Shown: piece after piece, positions 9,835 to 20,060 of the stretch
Numbering within the stretch: position 1 is the stretch's first letter
How the letters are laid out: each line of letters opens with the position of its first letter
The notes under the pieces: model-generated
What the model was told of the DNA's origin: nothing
What the model saw: the letters and a program-made list of their open reading frames with translations, nothing else
Database searches by the model: none
Translations under genes and position numbers: made by a program
DNA from: Planctomycetota bacterium
GTDB taxonomy: Bacteria > Planctomycetota > JAJSAM01 > JAJVHW01
NCBI GenBank assembly: GCA_965248445.1
Contig: CBDFJG010000004.1
Span: 1,632,001 to 1,696,000 of the forward strand
Direction of reading: 5' to 3'
DNA length: 64,000 bases

Positions 9835-11052
9835 TCAGAACTCCGTCGTGGTCACAGCGGGTGCGGCCTCGAAGTCGAGCACGAGCGCCAACGCGTCGTT
9901 GTCTCCGTCGCCGTCGGTGTCCACGTCCGCCGCGAGCGCCAGGATCGGTCCGAGGGGCGGGAGGTCGGCGACCTCGGCTTCCGCCGCGGCCGCGAGCAGT
10001 GCCGTCAGCACCTCGACGGGGACCGCGACGCCGATCTGCCCTTCGGCACCGGCCTCCGTGAGGCTGCCGGCGAGCCGTATCAGCGTCGTAACCGGGAGTT
10101 CGACACCGCCGAGGTCGAGGTCCGTTGAGTCCACGGCCACCGAGAACCCGCCCGACTCGAGTGTCCCGGCTGCGCGGGCAAGGGGAAACCCGTCGTCGCC
10201 GAGCAGGGCCGGTAGGACGACGAACTCCTCGGTCCCGGACGCGTTGTCGCCGGTGTCACCGTCCGTGTCGAGCCCCGGTACCACGCCGATCTGGATGAAC
10301 GGATCGTCGGTGAACGAGTCGAGACGCCAGATCTGGAGGAGCGTGACGACTGGGTTTGTGCTGACGAGTTCGTCGAAGAGCATGTTGACGTCCAAGTCGA
10401 GGCCCAATTGGTCGGCGGCCGCGAGGATCGCCGACAGCGAGTTGTCGGAATCGCCGTCCTGGTCCAGGTCGACGCCGCTCTCGGAGAGACCGACAGCCGA
10501 GACGACGAACGTCGCGTTCAGGTCGTCCCCGAATGCCAGCGTTCCGGCCGCGCGCAACGCACGGGAGTTCCACAGGAGCTTGGCAACGACGCTCGGCGAC
10601 AGATCGGCCCGGTGATGCAGACGGCGCACGCGGCGGCGCACTCTCTTCGGGCGGCCCTTCGTGGCGACTTCGTGCAGTTCTTCCAGCGTGTGGTGGATCA
10701 GTGCTTCGAATGCGCCGTTCAGCTTCCGGACCGCCGTGGAGAGGTCACGGTTGTTCGCGAACTTCGCGCGTGTGATCCGTGCGACGCGTGCGGCGATCCG
10801 CGCCTGCTCGGCCGCGGTGGATACTCCCTCGGTGTCCGCGAGCAGCTCGCGAGCGCGCGTCGCACAGCTGAACCGCCGGCGCACCGACGGCGTCTGGCTC
10901 CTCGTCAGGAGCGCTTCTTGGAGATCAACGAGTCGCGCATCGACTGCGCGGATTGCACTTCCGAGTTCGCTGTCGTCCGCGCCGTGTGCCGAAGCGGTGG
11001 TGGAGAGCAGGAGCAGGATCGGAACGGCCGCGAAGGCCAGTGGGATGCGCAT
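9835..11052 (-). CDS. Secreted hypothetical protein with DxDxDG motifs (paralog of 11110-12348)
   Basis: Signal peptide, basic helical N-domain, acidic C-domain with GVDLDQDGDSDN and ADVDTDGDGDNDA. Confidence 0.8.
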   Translation of the reverse strand: MRIPLAFAAVPILLLLSTTASAHGADDSELGSAIRAVDARLVDLQEALLTRSQTPSVRRRFSCATRARELLADTEGVSTAAEQARIAARVARITRAKFANNRDLSTAVRKLNGAFEALIHHTLEELHEVATKGRPKRVRRRVRRLHHRADLSPSVVAKLLWNSRALRAAGTLAFGDDLNATFVVSAVGLSESGVDLDQDGDSDNSLSAILAAADQLGLDLDVNMLFDELVSTNPVVTLLQIWRLDSFTDDPFIQIGVVPGLDTDGDTGDNASGTEEFVVLPALLGDDGFPLARAAGTLESGGFSVAVDSTDLDLGGVELPVTTLIRLAGSLTEAGAEGQIGVAVPVEVLTALLAAAAEAEVADLPPLGPILALAADVDTDGDGDNDALALVLDFEAAPAVTTTEF

Positions 11053-11109
11053 GATGTCACCCGACCCGGGACGTGGGGCGCAGAGCGTAGCACGCCGGCT
11101 GGGGGAGGA

Positions 11110-12348
11110 CTACGGCGCTGCCGGCACAGCCGTTGCGCGCACCGACTCGAAATCGAACGCCATGGAGAGAGCGTCCGCGCTCCCGTTGCCGTCGAGGTCG
11201 ATGTCGGCGGCGTTCGAGATCGCCAACTGGAGAAGAAACGGCACAGCCTGGCCGGTCGCGGTCTCCACGAGATCGAGGAACTCGGCTACCGGGAGGGCGA
11301 CCCCGAACACACCGTTCACCTGCGGCTCGCTGACGGTTCCGATCGCCCGTACGACGCCATCCTCGGGCAGCACGATGCCGCCGATGGTCTGCTCCTGACC
11401 CGTGAAGGTGACGTCGAAGCGACCGTTCGCGAGTGATGCGGCCGTGCGCGCTGACGGATGTCCATCGTCGTCGAGCCCCGGCCCGTACTCGAACTGCTCG
11501 GAGCCGCTGAAGTTGTCACTCGCGTCCGCATCCGTGTCCTGCCCCGAGATCATTCCGATCTCGATGAACGCGTCCTTCTCGAGCGAGTCGAGATTCCAGA
11601 GTTCGAGCAGCGTCACGGTGTCGCCGTTCGACACCGCGTCGGCGAGCACGGCGTCGATGTCGATCTCCTGACCGAAGTTCGCCGCGAGCGCGAGCAGCGT
11701 GGAGAGCGCATTGTCGGGGCTGCCGTCGCCGTCCAAGTCGAGTCCCTCGTCCGATGCGCCGAGCCCGGAGACGACCCACGTTGCCGTCTGCCCGCCGGAG
11801 ACGTACGGTCCGCCGGCCTTCAGCGCCCTTGCGACGAGCTTGTACGCGGCGGCATCGTCCGCCGCGGCCACGGCGAGATCCACGAGTGTCTGGATCTTGT
11901 TCCGGCGCTTCTCCAGACGCTTTCGCGCGCGCCCGGCCTTCTTCCCCGGACTCTGCAGCCCCGGGTTCTGGGTGAGCAGGACGTCGATGGAGCCGATCGC
12001 CGACACGGCAATGTCGTAGTGTGCGTCGCGCGCGGTGCCGACCACGACTTGCAGCTCCTCGTCCGTGCCCTTGAACTTCGACGCGACCTTCGCGACTTTC
12101 GCGCCCGCCTTCGCTTCGTTCGCCACCGACTTGGCGGTCTTGCTCTTCACCAGGAGCCGGCGCAACTGTCCGACCCGGCGTAGCTGCTTCGCCACGTCGC
12201 GCGTCTGCTCGCCTGCGCTCAGCTCGCCCTCGAGTGCCGACAGGCGGGAGTCCAACGGGTCCAGGATGCCGGAGCCGATCGACGCCGCGACTGCCGAGGC
12301 CGTGAACACGACGACCAGGACGATGGTGAGTAGCGATGTGGTTCGCAT
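11110..12348 (-). CDS. Secreted hypothetical protein with DxDxDG motifs (paralog of 9835-11052)
   Basis: Signal peptide; GLDLDGDGSPDN and ADIDLDGNGSADA; C-domain aligns by eye with the neighbouring gene. Confidence 0.8.
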   Translation of the reverse strand: MRTTSLLTIVLVVVFTASAVAASIGSGILDPLDSRLSALEGELSAGEQTRDVAKQLRRVGQLRRLLVKSKTAKSVANEAKAGAKVAKVASKFKGTDEELQVVVGTARDAHYDIAVSAIGSIDVLLTQNPGLQSPGKKAGRARKRLEKRRNKIQTLVDLAVAAADDAAAYKLVARALKAGGPYVSGGQTATWVVSGLGASDEGLDLDGDGSPDNALSTLLALAANFGQEIDIDAVLADAVSNGDTVTLLELWNLDSLEKDAFIEIGMISGQDTDADASDNFSGSEQFEYGPGLDDDGHPSARTAASLANGRFDVTFTGQEQTIGGIVLPEDGVVRAIGTVSEPQVNGVFGVALPVAEFLDLVETATGQAVPFLLQLAISNAADIDLDGNGSADALSMAFDFESVRATAVPAAP

Positions 12349-12400
12349 TGGAGGGCTCCGTCACGCCGAGCCGTCTGCTCGACGCGGCCTCGGGAGAGTA

Positions 12401-13096
12401 TCAGCCGGCGGCGGCTTTGGGCACGCCGGCCGCCGCCACGGCAGTCAGGAGGGCGTCGAGGTCGCGCCAGTCGGGGAGCACGTGCGTCACTCCCTCCCTG
12501 CGGAGCCGATCGGCGCGGGCGCCGGTCGCACGGCCGACGAGCGGCCAGCCGAGTGCGCGGCAGGTCCGCGCGTCCCACACGGCGTCGCCGACATAGACGA
12601 CGCGCTCGTGCGCGCCACCACGGCTGCGGGCAGCGCGGAGGATCTCCTCGCGTGAAGGACCGTCCTCGGAGAAGGCTCCGGGCATGCCTCGAAGGTCCAG
12701 GCCGGAGTGCCGGACCTTGAGACGCGCCGTGACTTCGAAGCACCCGGTCGCGAGCGCGAGTGGATGACCCGCGTCTGCAAGTGTTGCGATCGCCTGATTG
12801 GCTCCGTCGACCAAGCGGAACGAGGTCCGCGACGACGCGGCATCGGCCTCGAGACGATCCACGAAGGTAGTGCGGAACGAACTGACCTCATGATCCAGCG
12901 GTGCACGGCCGTGCGCCTCTCTCCAGAGCGAGTCGACCAGCCCGGTGTCCGACGCATGTGGGTAGGATTCCCACGTCATGTCGAGTTCGATGTCGCCGAG
13001 GTGCTCGCGGACGGTCGCCACGAACGCGCGGGCGTCCGTGTGGTACGTCTCGGTGAGCGTGCCGTCCAGGTCGAACACGACCAGGGGCAGCGTCAT
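12401..13096 (-). CDS. HAD-family hydrolase
   Basis: Motif I VFDLDGTL, motif II LATG, motif IV YVGDAVWD. Confidence 0.9.
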   Translation of the reverse strand: MTLPLVVFDLDGTLTETYHTDARAFVATVREHLGDIELDMTWESYPHASDTGLVDSLWREAHGRAPLDHEVSSFRTTFVDRLEADAASSRTSFRLVDGANQAIATLADAGHPLALATGCFEVTARLKVRHSGLDLRGMPGAFSEDGPSREEILRAARSRGGAHERVVYVGDAVWDARTCRALGWPLVGRATGARADRLRREGVTHVLPDWRDLDALLTAVAAAGVPKAAAG

Positions 13097-13323
13097 CTGT
13101 CGCTGCGGATCTCAGCTTCGGCCGCGGCGTACGCATCCGCGGCAGGCGGAGTCGCCTCGGTTGCTCCCGCCGAGTGCTTCAGGTTGCCGACGCGGGACTC
13201 GAGCGCCTTGACGCGCTCGCGCAGATCGTCGCGCTGGTGGTCGAGGCGCACCATCCGCAGGAAGACGAAGACGAACGCCGCCAGCAGCGCGGCCAAGACA
13301 ATCAGCAACCAGGGGTCCGGCAT
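13093..13323 (-). CDS. Small membrane protein with coiled coil
   Basis: TM helix WLLIVLAALLAAFVFVFL; ATGA overlap with the HAD gene. Confidence 0.7.
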   Translation of the reverse strand: MPDPWLLIVLAALLAAFVFVFLRMVRLDHQRDDLRERVKALESRVGNLKHSAGATEATPPAADAYAAAEAEIRSDR

Positions 13324-13365
13324 GACGGTCGGATCCTACGCGCCCCCGGAGCAACCCAAGCAGGG

Positions 13366-16107
13366 CTACTCGCGGCTTGTGACTGCGGGCGTGACGCGGC
13401 CCAGGAACAGCAGCACCGACGAGGTCGTGCGCACCGGCCCGTTCAGTTTGAACCGGCTGGTCTCCTCGAAGCTGCCGTCGTCGAACTGAATCGTCATCAG
13501 GTGGCGTGAGCCCGTGGCGTACCAGCGCTCGCCGGCCAGGATCTCGATGCTCAACAGCATGGCGAGTCGCTGGATCGCGAAGAGGTACGCGGAGTATCCC
13601 GAGTCGCTGCTCGCGCTGACCAGCGCGCCGTCGGCGAACACCGGCTGACGGCGGATGTCGAAGTAGCGGTCCAGCCACGCGAGTCCGCGTTGCACGCCCT
13701 GCAGACTGTCGTAGTCGAACGTGCTCGACTTGTCGCCGAGCTCACCCGCCTTCGCGATCACGGCCAGCGACGTCAGCGACGCCACCGTCGTGCCCGTGAG
13801 CCAATCGTCGTGGCCCTTGATGCCACGGGCACCGAACAGCCCGTTCGCCGCCCGGAACGTCTTGGCGAAGCAGGAGCGCGGCACCTTCGCGCCGCGGCGC
13901 TGCGCCAGCCACAGGCTCTCTGCAGCGAACAGCGCTTCGAACGCCTCGCCGTCTTCTTTGGAGTCGAGCGCGCCGGCCCAGAACCCGTTGGACTTCTGGC
14001 CCTTCACGATGGCCTTGATGAGCCCCTTGACGAGATCTCCCTCGGGATCCTCGCCGCCACCGATCAGTGCGCGCAGCGCCAGTGTGGTCTGCTGCGTGCC
14101 GCGGTACGCGGACTTGCCGTCCACGAGTTCCTGCGCCTGTTCGCGCAGGATGGTCCACGCTTTCGCGACGCGTTCGTCGTCTTTGTCGATGCCGACAGTC
14201 GCGAGTGTCCACAGGCACTGCGCGTTCGAGAACATGGTCGGCTTGTTGATCGAACCGATTCTGGCGGTCTTCGACGAACGGAACTCGCGCAGCGCGAACG
14301 CTCCGGAGCCCGTCCTGTTGCACGTCAGGAGGAAGTCGACGGCGTTGTCCATCATGTCGCGGATCTTGTCGGCCTCGTCGGCCGAGGGGGGCGAAATGCG
14401 CTGGCGCCGGGCTTCGACGGTCGCGGCGACGTTCGGGACCGCCTTCTCACCGTCGCAGAGCACGCAGTCGGCGGATTCGAACGGGATCTTGCCCTTCTTC
14501 TTGCACGTCTTGCACCCGATCGCGCCGTTCTTGCACCTGTCGCACTTGAGCCCGCCCTTGCCGTTGCAGCGGTCGCACTTGGTCGCCGAAGCGATGGTGC
14601 CGTCGGTGAAGACCATCAGGCGGATGCCGTGGCCGTTGCAGCGTCTGCAGAGGGACTTTGCACGGCCGGAGCACTTGCCGCAGCCCTCGTTGCCCGTGCC
14701 GCCGCACTCGTCGCACGTGGTCATGAGCCCTTCGACGGCGCACAGCGGGCACGCGGCGTCGTCGTCCTCCCCGCACAGACGGGACAACAGATCGGTCACG
14801 CCGGACTCGGGGCACGGAATGAGGCCCTTCTCGCACCCGGGGCAGTCGCGCGTGACCTTGCCGCGGCGGCAGACGGGGCACTTCTCGTTGCCCTTCCCTG
14901 TGCACACCCTGCACTTCACCTCGTTGTCACCGCCGCAGTACCTGCACTTCTCCTTGCGGTCGTGCTGCGGGAAGTAGTGCCATCCGTCGCTGCAGGACAC
15001 GGACGGGCACGTCTGGCGGCCGCGGCAGGACGAACACGCGACCTTCGCTGTGCCGGCGCAGTCAGTGCAGGCGATCTCCAGCTTGCCCTTGCCCTCGCAG
15101 AGGGTGCAGGTCAGCTTGCCGGCGTCGCAGACGCCTTCCTCGGCGGCCGCGGGGGCGATCTGCTTGGCTGCGTCGGCGAGCGGCATTCCGAACGCCTTGG
15201 CGAATGTCGCGGAGTCGGCTTCATCGGCGCCGGCGAAGACCGACACAGCGTCGGTGATGTTGACGCCCTTCGCGACGCCCAGTTCCACGAGCCGGCCCAT
15301 GAAGGCGCGCGCGTTCGTCGGGGGACCGTCCTCGGCGTCCAGCGCCGGCGCCAGGTCGAACGCTTCGCTGCCTGCGCACCGGTGGCCGGGTGTGGGGAGC
15401 GGAACGCCGTCGATCTGCGCCGAGAGCCAGAGTTGCACGCCCTGGCGCAGCCACTTGGGCGCTTCGCCGTCCAGAGGCCGCTGTATGAGCAGTCGTTCGG
15501 CCATGACGTCGCCGAACCTCGCCACGTCGGGCGCGAGACCCGACGCGCGACGCCAGAGTTCGACGCGCAGGCGGCCGGCGGCGTCGAGCACGTCGCGCTG
15601 CACGGTCGCACCATCTTCACGCTTGCGCAGGTGTGGCAGCGTGCCGCGCTGTGACACTGCACCCGCAGTGGAACCCCGGCGCACCAGCAGCGCTCCGCCG
15701 TCCTTGCTCAAGATCACACGTCCCGCGTCGCCCGGCGTCTTGACCTCGACGACGATCAACTCGGACGGCGTGTACCCCTCGGGCGCCAGGCCCGCCTTGG
15801 TCATCGCGGCGACGCCGCGCAGGATCGCCGCGCTGACCCTCGCCGCCCGCGCCTCCCGGCGCTCGGCGGTGCCGGGAGTGCAGAAAACGAGTCCAGCCGG
15901 CTTCACACGGACCCGCTCGTCCGAGCGAGTGAGGCGGTTCTGCGCCTTGTACAGGCGGCTCGCCAGATCCTCGTCCGACACGCCGGACTCCGCGAGCTCG
16001 TCGAAGATCGAGTCTTGGGCGGCCGCAGGGGGCGCGGTCCCCAGCACCAGCAGTGCGATGCCGAGCGTCGCAACGATCAGAGGCCTATTCAGAGGTAATG
16101 TGCGCAT
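13366..16107 (-). CDS. Secreted protein with many DnaJ-like CxxCxGxG repeats and a C-terminal prenyltransferase/squalene-cyclase-like alpha-alpha barrel
   Basis: ATG 16107 after GGAGGT; signal peptide (AAA/QD); about 15 CxxC motifs; QW-like repeats (GQKSNGFW, IQFDDGSF), AVDFL, RGLAWL, YLFAIQRL. Confidence 0.82.
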   Translation of the reverse strand: MRTLPLNRPLIVATLGIALLVLGTAPPAAAQDSIFDELAESGVSDEDLASRLYKAQNRLTRSDERVRVKPAGLVFCTPGTAERREARAARVSAAILRGVAAMTKAGLAPEGYTPSELIVVEVKTPGDAGRVILSKDGGALLVRRGSTAGAVSQRGTLPHLRKREDGATVQRDVLDAAGRLRVELWRRASGLAPDVARFGDVMAERLLIQRPLDGEAPKWLRQGVQLWLSAQIDGVPLPTPGHRCAGSEAFDLAPALDAEDGPPTNARAFMGRLVELGVAKGVNITDAVSVFAGADEADSATFAKAFGMPLADAAKQIAPAAAEEGVCDAGKLTCTLCEGKGKLEIACTDCAGTAKVACSSCRGRQTCPSVSCSDGWHYFPQHDRKEKCRYCGGDNEVKCRVCTGKGNEKCPVCRRGKVTRDCPGCEKGLIPCPESGVTDLLSRLCGEDDDAACPLCAVEGLMTTCDECGGTGNEGCGKCSGRAKSLCRRCNGHGIRLMVFTDGTIASATKCDRCNGKGGLKCDRCKNGAIGCKTCKKKGKIPFESADCVLCDGEKAVPNVAATVEARRQRISPPSADEADKIRDMMDNAVDFLLTCNRTGSGAFALREFRSSKTARIGSINKPTMFSNAQCLWTLATVGIDKDDERVAKAWTILREQAQELVDGKSAYRGTQQTTLALRALIGGGEDPEGDLVKGLIKAIVKGQKSNGFWAGALDSKEDGEAFEALFAAESLWLAQRRGAKVPRSCFAKTFRAANGLFGARGIKGHDDWLTGTTVASLTSLAVIAKAGELGDKSSTFDYDSLQGVQRGLAWLDRYFDIRRQPVFADGALVSASSDSGYSAYLFAIQRLAMLLSIEILAGERWYATGSRHLMTIQFDDGSFEETSRFKLNGPVRTTSSVLLFLGRVTPAVTSRE

Positions 16108-16127
16108 CACTGCACCTCCGCGCGGGC

Positions 16128-17627
16128 GTAACCGTTCACCCCTTGACAGCGTGTGAGCCTCAGCGTGCGACGGGCAGCGGGACCATGACGGGCGGGTCGG
16201 CGCCGGTGAGGTGCGCGGCGACCGAGTCGGCGAGGAAGTCGAAGACTTGGTCGCCACGGCGTCGCAGCGTGGCCGCGGCGGTCAACACGCGCTCGGCGAA
16301 GCGGAGTCCGCGAGCGGACTGGCTTCCGAAGGAGCCCTTGCGCCAGAGCACCGCTTTGCGGACCGCGCGCTCGGCGGCGTTGTTCGTCGGACTCACGTCC
16401 TGGGTCCGCGCATAGGTGAAGAGGGCGACCACGCGGGGGCGCAGATGGTTGGCCAGAGCCGAGTCGTCGTTCGCGATCAGTCGCTCGAGCCGTCCGCGCA
16501 GCACAGCGGCTTCGCCTTGCAGCCGGTCACGGTCGCCGTGCTCACCGAAGAGCCGGTAGCTGCGCATGACCGACTGCGCGATCATGACGCCCTTGTTGCC
16601 GAAGCGGCGATGTTCTCGCGGGCCTTCGGCCAGCGCACGGAAGGCGCGCTCGATGTGCGCCCAGCAGAGCTGGCGGCGGGCAAGTGGGTGTGACTCGTAG
16701 GCACCCATCCGGTCGCTGATCACCGTGCCACCGAAGCGCCGCCCGATCAGCCGCCCTTTCGCCTTGGCACTGCGGCGGCGATCGATCCCGAAGGCTGTGG
16801 CGTGCTCGCTCTCCGCCGCCCACAGCCAGCACACCCGGCCCCGTTCCTTCCACGACGTCTCGTCCACGTTGGCTCGCAGCGACGTGCGGACTGCCCCGAG
16901 GGCTTCGAGGTACGACGAGTGCAGAGCGTCACTGAGCCGACGCTCACAGTCGCTGATCTTGCCCAGCGACATCTTCACACCGAAGATCTCACCGAGCAGC
17001 CGCTGCGTCTCCCGCACGCTCACGCGGTACACGCCGCGCAGCGCGCCGGCAAGTGTGGTCAGCCGCGGACCGAAGGCCCCGGTCGGCACGCCATCGGGCA
17101 GGACCGCCGTCGTGACCGCACGACAGCGCCGGCACCGCGCCTTGTGCAGCCGGTGCTCCCGCACCGTGACGAGCACGCGCGGGAGCACCGTCACCTGGTG
17201 CCGGTACGGATCGCCGATGCCCTGCTCGAGATCGTCGTGTCCGCACGCGTCGCAGAGGTCGGGACGGTGCTCCTTGGTCTCATCGACGTTGGACGGATCC
17301 ACCAGCTCGCGCGCCGTGCCCTCATGGCCCGGCTGTCCGCCCTGCTGGCGACCGCTACGCGGCCTTCGGCCGCGACGGCGCTTGGACCACGCCGGGTCCG
17401 ACGACGGAGGCCTCGAGCTGTTGCGGGAGTCACGCTTCAGACGCGACTCGAGCTCGTCGATGCGGCGCAGATGCTTCGCTTCGCGACGCTCCAGCTCCTC
17501 GATCCAGGCCAGAAGGCCCTCGACCATCGCCCGCAGATCCTCGTCCTGCCGCTCGCCCACAACCTCTTGATCGACCGATGGCCGAACGATCTGGATCCTG
17601 GCTCGCGACGAAGGGGTGAACGGTTAC
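16128..17627 (-). mobile_element. IS66-family element (single-ORF type), family B
   Basis: 17-bp perfect IR GTAACCGTTCACCCCTT / AAGGGGTGAACGGTTAC; no target duplication seen. Confidence 0.92.
16160..17560 (-). CDS. IS66-family transposase
   Basis: NSSRPPSSD, GGQPGHEG, VDETSW, QLCWAHI, PTNNAAERAVR. Confidence 0.95.
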   Translation of the reverse strand: MGERQDEDLRAMVEGLLAWIEELERREAKHLRRIDELESRLKRDSRNSSRPPSSDPAWSKRRRGRRPRSGRQQGGQPGHEGTARELVDPSNVDETKEHRPDLCDACGHDDLEQGIGDPYRHQVTVLPRVLVTVREHRLHKARCRRCRAVTTAVLPDGVPTGAFGPRLTTLAGALRGVYRVSVRETQRLLGEIFGVKMSLGKISDCERRLSDALHSSYLEALGAVRTSLRANVDETSWKERGRVCWLWAAESEHATAFGIDRRRSAKAKGRLIGRRFGGTVISDRMGAYESHPLARRQLCWAHIERAFRALAEGPREHRRFGNKGVMIAQSVMRSYRLFGEHGDRDRLQGEAAVLRGRLERLIANDDSALANHLRPRVVALFTYARTQDVSPTNNAAERAVRKAVLWRKGSFGSQSARGLRFAERVLTAAATLRRRGDQVFDFLADSVAAHLTGADPPVMVPLPVAR

Positions 17628-17811
17628 CGTCAGGTTCTCGTCGGTGTCAACTTGTGGGTTGACGCCGCTCAACAGCGACACGTACTCTCAAACGTGTCGA
17701 GTGTGCGCGAAGGCATTCGTGTCAACAATTGGCACGACGCGCCGCGACGAGAGAGATACGTGATCGGCGGCTGCTGGCGACAGTATCTGTACGATTCAAC
17801 AGGAGGATGTC

Positions 17812-18633
17812 ATGCGTCACACTTCGCGGATCTTCGTCAACGCCTGCCTCATCGGGGCGTTCAGCTTGTTCGGCATCGTCATGGCCAGAGCAGACGGTTC
17901 CGGCGGAGGCAGAGGCGGCTGGGGACAGGGACCGGCCAATGGCTGGTCTGATCGGGACGGCGAAGCGGGTGAGGACACCGGCACCGGGTCGGCTGGGAGC
18001 GGGGGCGCAAAGGGCGCGTTCGGTGCCGACGGCGGGGTCTTTTCACTCGTTGTGGTCGTGCTGACGGACGACCTCCCGGCCGTCGCAATTGCAGCTGACG
18101 GAGAACCTGGAGCGCGAGGGACGGACGGCGGCACCGCGACAGGAACCTGCTCCGGCGGAGGCGGAGGAGCCGGTGGTGATGGTGGGATGGGACAGGACGC
18201 GGAGGCAACGTGCGCTAACGAGACCATCGCGCCCGGCACCGCGCACGCATGGGCTAGGGGCGGAAACGGTGGATGGGGTGGAGACGGTGGCAACGGAGGC
18301 CACGCGGATCAGGGCGACGGCGGTGACGGAGGTGACGCAGGCAATGGAAGCCACGGTGGAGAAGCCGAGACCGGCGGCGGGTCCGGCGCGACGCTGACCC
18401 CTGTACCCGGAACCGGCGGATCGGACGGCAGCGGTGGGGTTGGCGGGAGTAGTTCTGGCGGAGGCTTGGGAGGTGACGGTGGGGACACCGGCGAGACTGG
18501 GGGAAGCGGTGGCTACGCCTACGAGGGTGGCGCACATGTCCCCGCGAAGGACGGTGCTGCTGGAAATGGTGGATCGCCGGGCGACGGTGGAAACGGCGGA
18601 GCCGGCGACGGCTACGACGGAAGTAGCTACTGA
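17812..18633 (+). CDS. Secreted glycine-rich low-complexity protein (GGxGGxGG repeats)
   Basis: GGAGG RBS, signal peptide (ARA/DG), extensive GGNGGWGGDGG-type repeats. Confidence 0.78.
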   Translation: MRHTSRIFVNACLIGAFSLFGIVMARADGSGGGRGGWGQGPANGWSDRDGEAGEDTGTGSAGSGGAKGAFGADGGVFSLVVVVLTDDLPAVAIAADGEPGARGTDGGTATGTCSGGGGGAGGDGGMGQDAEATCANETIAPGTAHAWARGGNGGWGGDGGNGGHADQGDGGDGGDAGNGSHGGEAETGGGSGATLTPVPGTGGSDGSGGVGGSSSGGGLGGDGGDTGETGGSGGYAYEGGAHVPAKDGAAGNGGSPGDGGNGGAGDGYDGSSY

Positions 18634-18654
18634 CCAATCCCTGGGACACGCATC

Positions 18655-20049
18655 GTGAAGGACCGTTCTCCTACCCGTGTTCTCCGCACCGTGGTCGCGG
18701 TCTCGTTGATCGGGCTGGCGCTCGTAGCGTACTTCGTCAGTTGCGAGAGCGGTTCGAACTCGTCCGCAAGCGCGGACTTGGCCTCTTCGATGCCGGACTC
18801 TGAGCGCGACACAACCCGCCGGTCTCGTGTGACCGACGTGCCAGCTGAAGAGAGCACAGTGGAGACAGACGACGGCGCGAGTCGAGAGGCTCGCGCCGTT
18901 TGGCTTCACGACGGAACACCTGCGCGAAACATCGCGCTCTGCGTCTCGCATGGCGACAGAGGTGACAGGAGAGAGACACGCCTGAACACGGACCAGCGCG
19001 GGGTGGTACGCATCCCCCGTGGCGTCTCACCCGCGCAGATCGCGTCTCGAGACTCGAGCGTCGTGGTGTTCGCATCGCAGTCAGGCGCGGAGACGCAACT
19101 TCGGCTCTTGATCGCGCGCTCGGTGGAGATCGAGGTGACCGTCACCGCCACCGATCTGGATCCGGGAGAGTTACCCTCAGGACTCACGGTGAGCCTTGAA
19201 CGTCTCGACGTCCTGGAACTCAGTCCGGACCTTCAGTCAGTAGAGGGCTTCACGAAGGCTGAGTTGGTCGCCGCCGATGTGCCGATGCGTTGGCGTCTGG
19301 ACGTCGATCCGGCCACGGGCCGCGCCACCGAGAGGGTGTCGGCGATCGACCACCTTGTCGCGCGGGCGAGTGCGTTCGGGTATGTGCCGACGGTGGCCGA
19401 GTTGGACGTCGTCACCCATGCATTCGGCACTCCGCTCCGCGTACATCTGACACTCTCGCGTAGCCGGGAGATTTCTGGCCGCGTCGTGGGGCCCGACGGC
19501 GAGCCCGTCGCGGGCGTCCCGATCTCGATCACGAGTTGGCGACGCCTCGCCACCGAGGGGATGGACCTGGCCAAGTACGGTGGCTTGACGGCGCGCGCAT
19601 CCGTCGGTATTCGCGGAGTGTCTCAGACGCACAGCATCGTGACCGTCAGAACGTACGCGACTTCCGAGGCCGATGGCTCCTGGCGATCCGAGATCGTATT
19701 CGACGGCACGATCGAGGTCGTTGGTTTCGCAACTTCACGGAGCCCGGCCCGTGCCGGCGTGGCGTGGTCGCAACTCGATGACGTTCAGTTGCGCGTAGGT
19801 CCGCTCCAGGACACTTCGGTCCAACTTCTCCATGACGGGGCTCCGATTGCAGAGGCTGCCGTCGTGATCGTTGATCTCAGCAGCGAGGATCAGACCGGGT
19901 CGCCCAACCTACAGACGGACAAGACCGGTCGGGTGAGCAGCACGTTCCTTGTTCACGGACGTCACTACTACATCAGAGCCCGGCGCGCTGAGGGGTCGCA
20001 TCGCGTGTTCGTGGACTGGGAGGGCCAGTCCTCGATCACGTTCGAGTAG
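18655..20049 (+). CDS. Membrane-anchored protein with carboxypeptidase-regulatory-like (beta-sandwich) repeats
   Basis: N-terminal TM; ISGRVVGPDGEPVAGVPI, TSEADGSW, TDKTGRV, DGAPIAEAAV repeats. Confidence 0.75.
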   Translation: MKDRSPTRVLRTVVAVSLIGLALVAYFVSCESGSNSSASADLASSMPDSERDTTRRSRVTDVPAEESTVETDDGASREARAVWLHDGTPARNIALCVSHGDRGDRRETRLNTDQRGVVRIPRGVSPAQIASRDSSVVVFASQSGAETQLRLLIARSVEIEVTVTATDLDPGELPSGLTVSLERLDVLELSPDLQSVEGFTKAELVAADVPMRWRLDVDPATGRATERVSAIDHLVARASAFGYVPTVAELDVVTHAFGTPLRVHLTLSRSREISGRVVGPDGEPVAGVPISITSWRRLATEGMDLAKYGGLTARASVGIRGVSQTHSIVTVRTYATSEADGSWRSEIVFDGTIEVVGFATSRSPARAGVAWSQLDDVQLRVGPLQDTSVQLLHDGAPIAEAAVVIVDLSSEDQTGSPNLQTDKTGRVSSTFLVHGRHYYIRARRAEGSHRVFVDWEGQSSITFE

Positions 20050-20060
20050 AGCGCGGAACA

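Noticed and set aside
14430..15135. Multiheme cytochrome c
   Set aside because: The motifs are CxxC-x-G, not CxxCH.
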